A stretch of 64,000 bases of DNA, taken from assembly GCF_009914755.1 (NCBI RefSeq), contig NC_060939.1; one strand, given 5' to 3'. A program made the translations under genes and the position numbers. This DNA is from the human T2T-CHM13v2.0 reference genome, Homo sapiens. The notes beneath the pieces were generated by a model that saw nothing but the letters and a program-made list of their open reading frames with translations, was not told the origin of the DNA and did no database searches. This document shows, in pieces, positions 57,120-64,000 of the stretch (within the stretch, counting starts at the first letter, position 1; every line of letters begins with the position of its first letter).

Positions 57120-57330
57120 TATGGTGCTTTACAGGTTATGAAAGTTTCAATGATACCCTTTGATCCTCACAGCTAACAGAAAGGGGTCAGAGTGGAATTA
57201 TCACCATTTCACATATGAGAAAACCGAGGCTCAAAGAAATGGCATCTATCCAAAAAGCAGGAGGCAGAAATGAGACTCTGCACCAATGTTCTGAACCCAG
57301 GTCCAGTGCTTTTTCACTATGGCTCAGCTG
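57120..57330 (-). mobile_element. MIR SINE
   Basis: ccatttcacatatgagaaaaccgaggctcaaaga...ccagtgctttttcacta. Confidence 0.75.
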
Positions 57331-57889
57331 CCTAAACTGAAAACAAGGGTTTAAGGTGAAAACAATTTATTGCTCAACTCAAAAAAACAATAGAACAGAG
57401 AAGCACCATTTAAGGTTAGCAAAAGGATAAGTTGAAACACAATGGAAAAGCACTTCTTTGAATGTAGTTAAGACATTCATGGACCTATTAACCCAAAGAT
57501 GTAGTAGGTGATCATCAATGGTTCAAATGAGGTTTCAGTAAATTCATAGATGAAGGATCCATTCTCTTAACTATTTGAGAACAACACCATATCATCTCAT
57601 GCATTTGTCCGAGACCAAATACCAGACTGCATATATTATGTTGCTAATTGTCTACAAGTTATAGTCAGGTATACTCAGAGCTTATAGTCTTACCTGCCTC
57701 ATCCTTCTACTGAAAATTTAGTTATCTGTGCCCTCAGAAAAGAGAAACAGCATAGACAAGTGAAACAACCAAATCAGCTACAAAATATGGAGATGATGTG
57801 ATTATCCCATTACTGCAGAAAGACTCTGGACCCCTTGTGTGACATCAGACAAGCTAGTTATTACATGGTTAATATAGGGAAGGAAACTT

Positions 57890-58115
57890 ATAGTTATCAG
57901 ATGCCTACAGTGTGGTAGCCACATTGTGTGCAGGGCACTTTATATACACCATCACATTTAGTTCCCTTGGGAATCTCAAAAGGCCAGTGTTATAATTATC
58001 TCCTTTTCACAGGTGAGGAAAATCAGGTTCACAGAGGTTAAATAATATGCCCAAGGCTACAGAGCTCCACATAGTACAATCAAGATATGTCTGTCTCCAA
58101 AGTTTCCACTATTTA
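57890..58115 (-). mobile_element. MIR SINE
   Basis: ctccttttcacaggtgaggaaaatcaggttcacagaggttaaataatatgcccaagg. Confidence 0.8.
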
Positions 58116-58799
58116 ACATTTCTTATAGACTACCAAAAGGTGCGAAAACCTGGTGCAATGTAATAAATGACCAAGTGAAAAGACTTTCCCATTATGAGAT
58201 GGCCTCCGTATCTAGAGAGCCGCAAGTCAGACGCTTCAGCAGCAGCTTCTGGGAGCAGAACTGTGAAGCTCATATCATTAGCAGCAGCATCTGGCACACA
58301 ATCAGGAAGACAGGGCACCTGACCTACAGGATTGGGATGCATTTGATCCTTACGCTGGCACGTTCCCCATGAGCTGAGAGTGTTTCCCCTAGTGTGGGAA
58401 ACCCTGCCTCAATTAGTCACCCAGATATTGCACAACAGATATGGCATTTCCAAAGCATGGCACGCTAACTGTCAAAAATAAATAAATAAATAACAAGAGC
58501 AAGAATGGGTGCAGCCAGAAGGTTGTTAAATAATCAAATTTTCACTGCCTTTTACAAAAGCCAGAGCTCATAGAAGCTGCTGCCTTCAATTTTACAGGGT
58601 TCTAAGCCCTAAGGAAACAGATAGCATTACACATACCATCCTTAAATACAAACCCAGTTGAGACATACATAGTTGGTGTGGAGGACTGGGTGCCCTCACT
58701 TTAACACTGAGAAACTGCCAGGAAATGTACAGCTTAGCTAGTACTAATTAGTGCTGATCCAACACCCCAAATACAGTAGGCATTTAAAGCATTAAATCA

Positions 58800-59470
58800 C
58801 AAAGAAACTACCACCTCATCTCTAGCTTAGACTGTTGAAGTAGCTTCATTCCTGCTATCCCTTCATTCTTTACCACCTTTCAACCCACTTTCCACCAGCA
58901 GCCAGCCCCTCTTCTTGAAACACAGATCTGATTGTGTTGTGCCACTGCTCAAAAACGTCTTTGGTTTCCTGATGTTCTAATAAAAAAGTTAAAACGCATG
59001 ACTAGCTGCCCTCATCAGCCTCATCTCATTCCACTCTCCCTTGCACCCACTAAGCTCTACTTTATCCTTCTTTTAGGTCCTTAACCTAAAACCTGCATGC
59101 ATCAGGACCTTATCACATGTCATGTCCTTGCCTGAATCACAATCTTCCTCCCCATCCCCACCCCACCATCTTAGCTCATTTCTTTTCATTCACCATTATT
59201 TCTGTCTAAATGTCACTTTTTCAGAATTGTGAAATTCTGTGAATACACTGTCTCCTATTATATTTTCTCATACGACTCAGTGTTTCACCTTCAAGACAAT
59301 TGCAATTAGAATGCAATAATTAAGTATTCAGATCTCTGTGAATGTCTGTTTTTCCTACTAGAACGTAAACAATGAGAGCAGGAGAAAATGACCATCTTAT
59401 TCATTGCTCTATTCCTGTTTTGTACATTAAATTGTTCAGTCAATACTTGTTGAGCAAATAAGAATGGATA
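58800..59470 (+). mobile_element. L2 LINE 3' region
   Basis: cacagatctgattgtgttgtgccactgctcaaaa...gtcaatacttgttgagcaaataagaatgg. Confidence 0.7.
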
Positions 59471-59658
59471 AACATGGTTAACCTTTCTCTGAAAAACGTA
59501 TTTTAAAATTCTAAAAATCTAGAGAGAATTCAAAACAGGTTTCCTGCTGGACTGACAGCTTATCCCTACATGTCAAATTTTCACTCCCAGGCACAGAATG
59601 ACCCATTACACTGAGTAGATACTCCCGTCTGCTATCAGATGCCTGCCTAGTGTCACAG

Positions 59659-59764
59659 CATCTCATCTGCAAGATGACTCACATCTCGTCTGTGAGATAA
59701 CCTACAATCTGGGTTACATGCATCTGCAGCACCTCATCTGCAAGATAACCCCCAATCTGGGTTA
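59659..59764. repeat. Degenerate local tandem repeat (48-bp period plus a partial copy)
   Basis: catctcatctgcaagatgac; catctcgtctgtgagataacctacaatctgggtta; cacctcatctgcaagataacccccaatctgggtta. Confidence 0.85.
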
Positions 59765-62019
59765 TAAGCACAGAACTCATCTCCTCAGGAAATGATATCA
59801 AATAATAAGAAATAAATTGCTTGCCTTGCATAAAAAGAGCCATTCAATAAATGTTGTATTATAATCTGAGAATTGAACAAGGCCTATGAAAAAGTCCTGC
59901 ATTTATGCCTAAAAGTTTAGTTCATGACTTCAAATATTGAAACCCACTTTTTACAAAGTAGTATGTGTCTTTGACTTTTAAAAAGTGCATTTTACCGTGT
60001 TGGTTGAGAAAATATAATAATCTTAGTTAGACTCTTCCTCTAACCTCCCAAATCAAAACCAAACCAAAATAAAACAGCACTCTGAGAGGTTTAAGCTGTA
60101 TATAATGAAGCAAAAGTTGCTGTCTGTACTCCAGGAATCTGGAGTCCCAGAGAAGGTGTGGACATTGTTGGAAATTGGCTTCTAGCCCACAAATCTCTGC
60201 TCTGTCCATGTAACTAGTGATAACCATAGCCATAGTCTGCAGATACACCATTGTAGTGCAATGATGGAGGGATAGCACTTAAATATGAAAACAGCAATTA
60301 AGAGCATATTTACCATTTTCTTCTTAGTATATATCCTACAAGTGTGCAGGATAGTTTGCTAGATGCTAAAACAACGACATAAAAAATGACAGGAGGGAAA
60401 TGCAAATAAATAAAGGACAAGCCCCGAAAAGCATTAAGGCAGTAACCAAGCTGAGTAAATAAACACCAGTGCCTGTATTTTTATTATTTTCTAATACCTA
60501 GTAATGTGAAGTACAGGTGAGATATGGAAAAATAAGCTTAGTGTTGTGGCAGTTTCAGGGACAGAATATACACAAGAAATCACTTAAAATATTAAGGGAA
60601 AGAAAGACAAAATGCACATGCCACAGAGAACAAACAGGCCAGCAAGTCAGTGATAGCTCACACCTGCATATAAACCCTTTCCTGCTCCAGCCACGTCAGA
60701 CTCCCTTGTCCTCCCCACACAGCAACCAATCCTGAGTGTCCACGGCTCCAGAGGTATGGTTGGGAACCCCCTCTGTGAGTTTTCACAGATGCATCATCCT
60801 AGCATAGCACCAGCTGACTTGGTGTCTGACACAGCTGTCAGAGACCCACCAAAATGGCAATATAATACCTCAAAGGACCAGAGGAGTACTGATCAAAAAT
60901 GACTTGACTTTTCTCTCTTGCTCTCTCTCTCTCAATCTAAGGATACACACATCAGAAAACCTGAAGAGTCCCTTTGCTTTTCCTGGAATTATATAACCAA
61001 CTACAGTTTCGGAATATATCAAAGCAAGTTCTTATCAAATACCTTATCTCTGGGTTTGTCTTCCACATAAAATATGAGTCACAGTCAGGATCAAACTATT
61101 GAAGTAAACTTTGTCCACACTGCAGTTTGCTCCTGCAGGACTGTGCTTCATGTCTCCTCCAAGCCCAAGTCAAGCTAGGTCTCTTGGGTTAGACCATATG
61201 CAGTCCTGAGTTTACTTTGGAGGTCACCCCTCAGCACCTGTGTACATCCAGACAGAGGCAGGAAGAGAGAATCAAGAGTGGAAACTGGGATCATCATCAT
61301 CCCCTCGGAGGTTACTAAGAAATCAGATAATTGGAGAAACTTGGATCTTATTATTAGGAAAGCCTATGTTATCACTCCACAACACTAGCAGCTGGTTGCT
61401 GCCCAAATTACTGATGGAATTACCTGTCGTTCTGTTTCCACCATTGTGGTTTAACACTTTTGAGTTTTAATGTTTTTTCAGTCTTAAAAATACCCATAAA
61501 AAATGCATTTTGTCCTAGGAGGGACCACACCTCACAGCTTCATTCAATGTTTACTTGAAACCTGGAAAGGTCTGATACTGAGATAAGGAGATCAAGAAAC
61601 AAATTGTGTTTACTTCCAATTTTTTCTCATAGTTGTAGTCAAAATTATGCCACTATTCACTGTGAGACCTTGGGTGGATTGCTTAATTGCACCAAGCTCA
61701 ATCTGGCTGTCTTTCAAAAACAGAGATTTCAATCTCTTGCCAATATCACAAGATCATAAAATCTGCTGTGTACATATAGGTACCAAATGTAATTTAAGAA
61801 AATATAAAACATGGTATTTCCTTTAATGTTTGAAAGTAATTTAGCAAGGGGCTTGGTAAGCATCTAGGTGCCATAAAAAAAATGCAGTGAAAGGCAGCTG
61901 CCTACATTTACAACAGAAGAGATGAGTGTGAGTTGGAGAAGAAAAGGCTCTTCATATATCATTTTAATTATTTCAATGTTAAAGTAATAAAATAATATAT
62001 TCTTATAAACATCAAGCAT

Positions 62020-62180
62020 ATGAAACAATGCAGCATGGTTAATATGTTCAGAGTCAGGCAGTCTTACAGTCAAATTTCAGCACAAACCCCTGGGCCACGA
62101 GACCTTGGGCAAGCTGGTTTACTCTGCAGCGCAGTGTCTACACCTGTCAAATGGGGAATACAGTAGCTTTTGTCATAGGT
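62020..62180 (+). mobile_element. MIR SINE
   Basis: gagaccttgggcaag...cacctgtcaaatggggaatacagtagc. Confidence 0.7.
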
Positions 62181-63084
62181 GCTCCACCATCAGCAGAGAC
62201 GCCACTAAAAATGGAATGTGTTGATCTTCTGAGAGTGTAACAATGGAAGGAGAAAGAGGAAGGAAATGGTCTCAAATGCAGCTCCTATATGGACCCATTC
62301 ATTCAGCTTCTATTCGGTCACTCACTATGTGAGAGAAATCAAGCTAGAGTTTGAGAGCTCATCTTTAAGTAAAGGAGCAAGACTTGCATACAGAATAGCT
62401 TGCAATGAGTTCAAAGCCAGGGAAGAGGGTGGAGGGTGTCAAGGCTACTTCTCAGAAGGCGGGGACCAACAGTCGAGCCTTGAGTGGTGGACAGAAGTTG
62501 ACCAGGGGGTCAAAGAGATTAAATCCATTCCAAGCACAGGGAAGGGCTGGTACAAAGGAACAGATGGGAACAGAATGTGGCAGCTGGCACGGTCTTCCTC
62601 AGTTCTGAGTCTAGGAATGAGTGCATTACCTGATACACTCAGATCTGGTGCTCAGTAATGTGTGTGATTGAGAACAGGAAGGAAAGGAAAGCTGTTCCAG
62701 GTGTGAGAGTGAGAAGAAGGACCACAGAATGAAGAAGCCTGAGATGAATATATGAGGAGCAGAGGCATGAGATGAGGAAAATAATCGAGACCAGCACTGG
62801 CCACGGCATAGCAGGTGGCATAGAGGGAGCCCTGGATGTGGAATCCAGAGACTCCTCCATGTTCCTTTAGCCACTAGCTGCTAGCATGGCCTTCAGTAAG
62901 TCATCTTGATATCTCTTAATTCCAGTGCTCTCCTCTATAAAATATGGGAGCTAAGCCTGTTGAGCTCTGAGATCTCTTTCAGTTCTGTTCAGTTTTAAAA
63001 GCATTTGCTAACCTTCTACTCAGTGCTGGGCACCATGCTAGACACTGGGGATTCAAAGATGAATGATATATTGTCCTGGTTCTT

Positions 63085-63430
63085 CTCCACTTGCTGTTCC
63101 CACGGGTCAGATCCATTCTCATCCCTTCTCCAGCAGCCCAAGTGCCCTCCATCTCTGAGGCTGGCTATGATGATCACAGCCTCTTTCCACAGGTACAGCT
63201 TCTGCCCAGCAGCCCATTTTCTGTGGCTCCAGACCTCTCTGTGATTCAGTAACACCATTTTCCCCACTTGCTCCTCCAGACCCACATGTGCCAATAGCTG
63301 CTCACTTTGCTAGTGTCTACCTCAACTTCCTTTAAACCTGCACTAAAGCATGCTGTATAGCCTTCATTAAAATTTCTTCTGTTCAACCATGTGAGTGAAT
63401 TCTATTTGTGGCAGGCCCCTAATTAATACA
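63085..63430 (+). mobile_element. ERVL LTR (LTR33-like)
   Basis: cagtaacaccattttcccc...atagccttcattaaaatttcttc...ggcccctaattaataca. Confidence 0.65.
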
Positions 63431-64000
63431 GAGCTTAAAGTGCAATTGGAAGGGGAGAACTATCAATATTTCATTTATCCCAATATAAAATATCATAAGA
63501 AAACCTAGGAGGGAGCAATGCTGGAAGACTGAAGAAGAGAGGCTCCAGAGGAGTGTTTGTAGAGAGTGAGTTCCAAGATTGGGGTGGAAGAATTGATGAT
63601 GGACACAGGGGTGAAAGAATGGAACCAGAGAGAGTTTATTGTTACTGTTGCTAATGCAGCTATTGTTACATTAAAAACAATTTTCAAGAGGTGCAACCCA
63701 AAGATAAATAAAATCTGTCATACCAGAATAAAGAGTAGCACATAATTGTGTATGAATGATGGGACAATAGGCATAATTTGAGAAGAGGTATAATTTCAGC
63801 TGTGAATGTGAACATGGGTTGACTTTTGCTGTTTTACATAGATGGATCATTTTCAGTGTTATCAACTAAGTGTGCAAATTCAGCAATTGAAAATGCATGC
63901 AAGCTCTGTACAAAAGACAAATTCTTTACATAGAATAAAAAGTCAGCTGGGAAGCCAAAATTGACAAAACCAACAACTTCTATACCAAAAGCAATGAAAT

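Overview
Primate (human-like) nuclear DNA, AT-rich, roughly half transposable-element derived. I find no recognisable protein-coding exon, RNA gene or CpG island, and I cannot name the locus, so it reads as intergenic or deep intronic/lncRNA sequence. Repeats include 13 Alus (J, S and Y types, most with visible target-site duplications, TSDs), old L1M fragments, a 5'-truncated L1PA15/16-type element and a short L1PA3-type 3' end. There are also MIR/L2 relics, DNA-transposon MITEs (MER2, MER5, MER58, MER81, MER96) and MaLR/ERVL LTRs. One three-level nest stands out: an old L1 contains a full LTR-int-LTR MSTA provirus, which contains a MER11 (HERV-K HML-8) solo LTR. Nearly all ORFs in the supplied track are Alu, L1 or microsatellite artefacts. 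The best candidates for follow-up are a 222-codon strong-Kozak ORF in unique DNA (5807-6475), a CCAAT/GC-box/G-quadruplex cluster (32823-33099), possible minus-strand non-coding exons, a 37-bp direct repeat 3.2 kb apart, and a fold-back duplication inside L1 ORF1. I see no evidence strong enough to claim a new biological system. Subfamily names come from remembered consensus motifs, and boundaries of old repeats are approximate.
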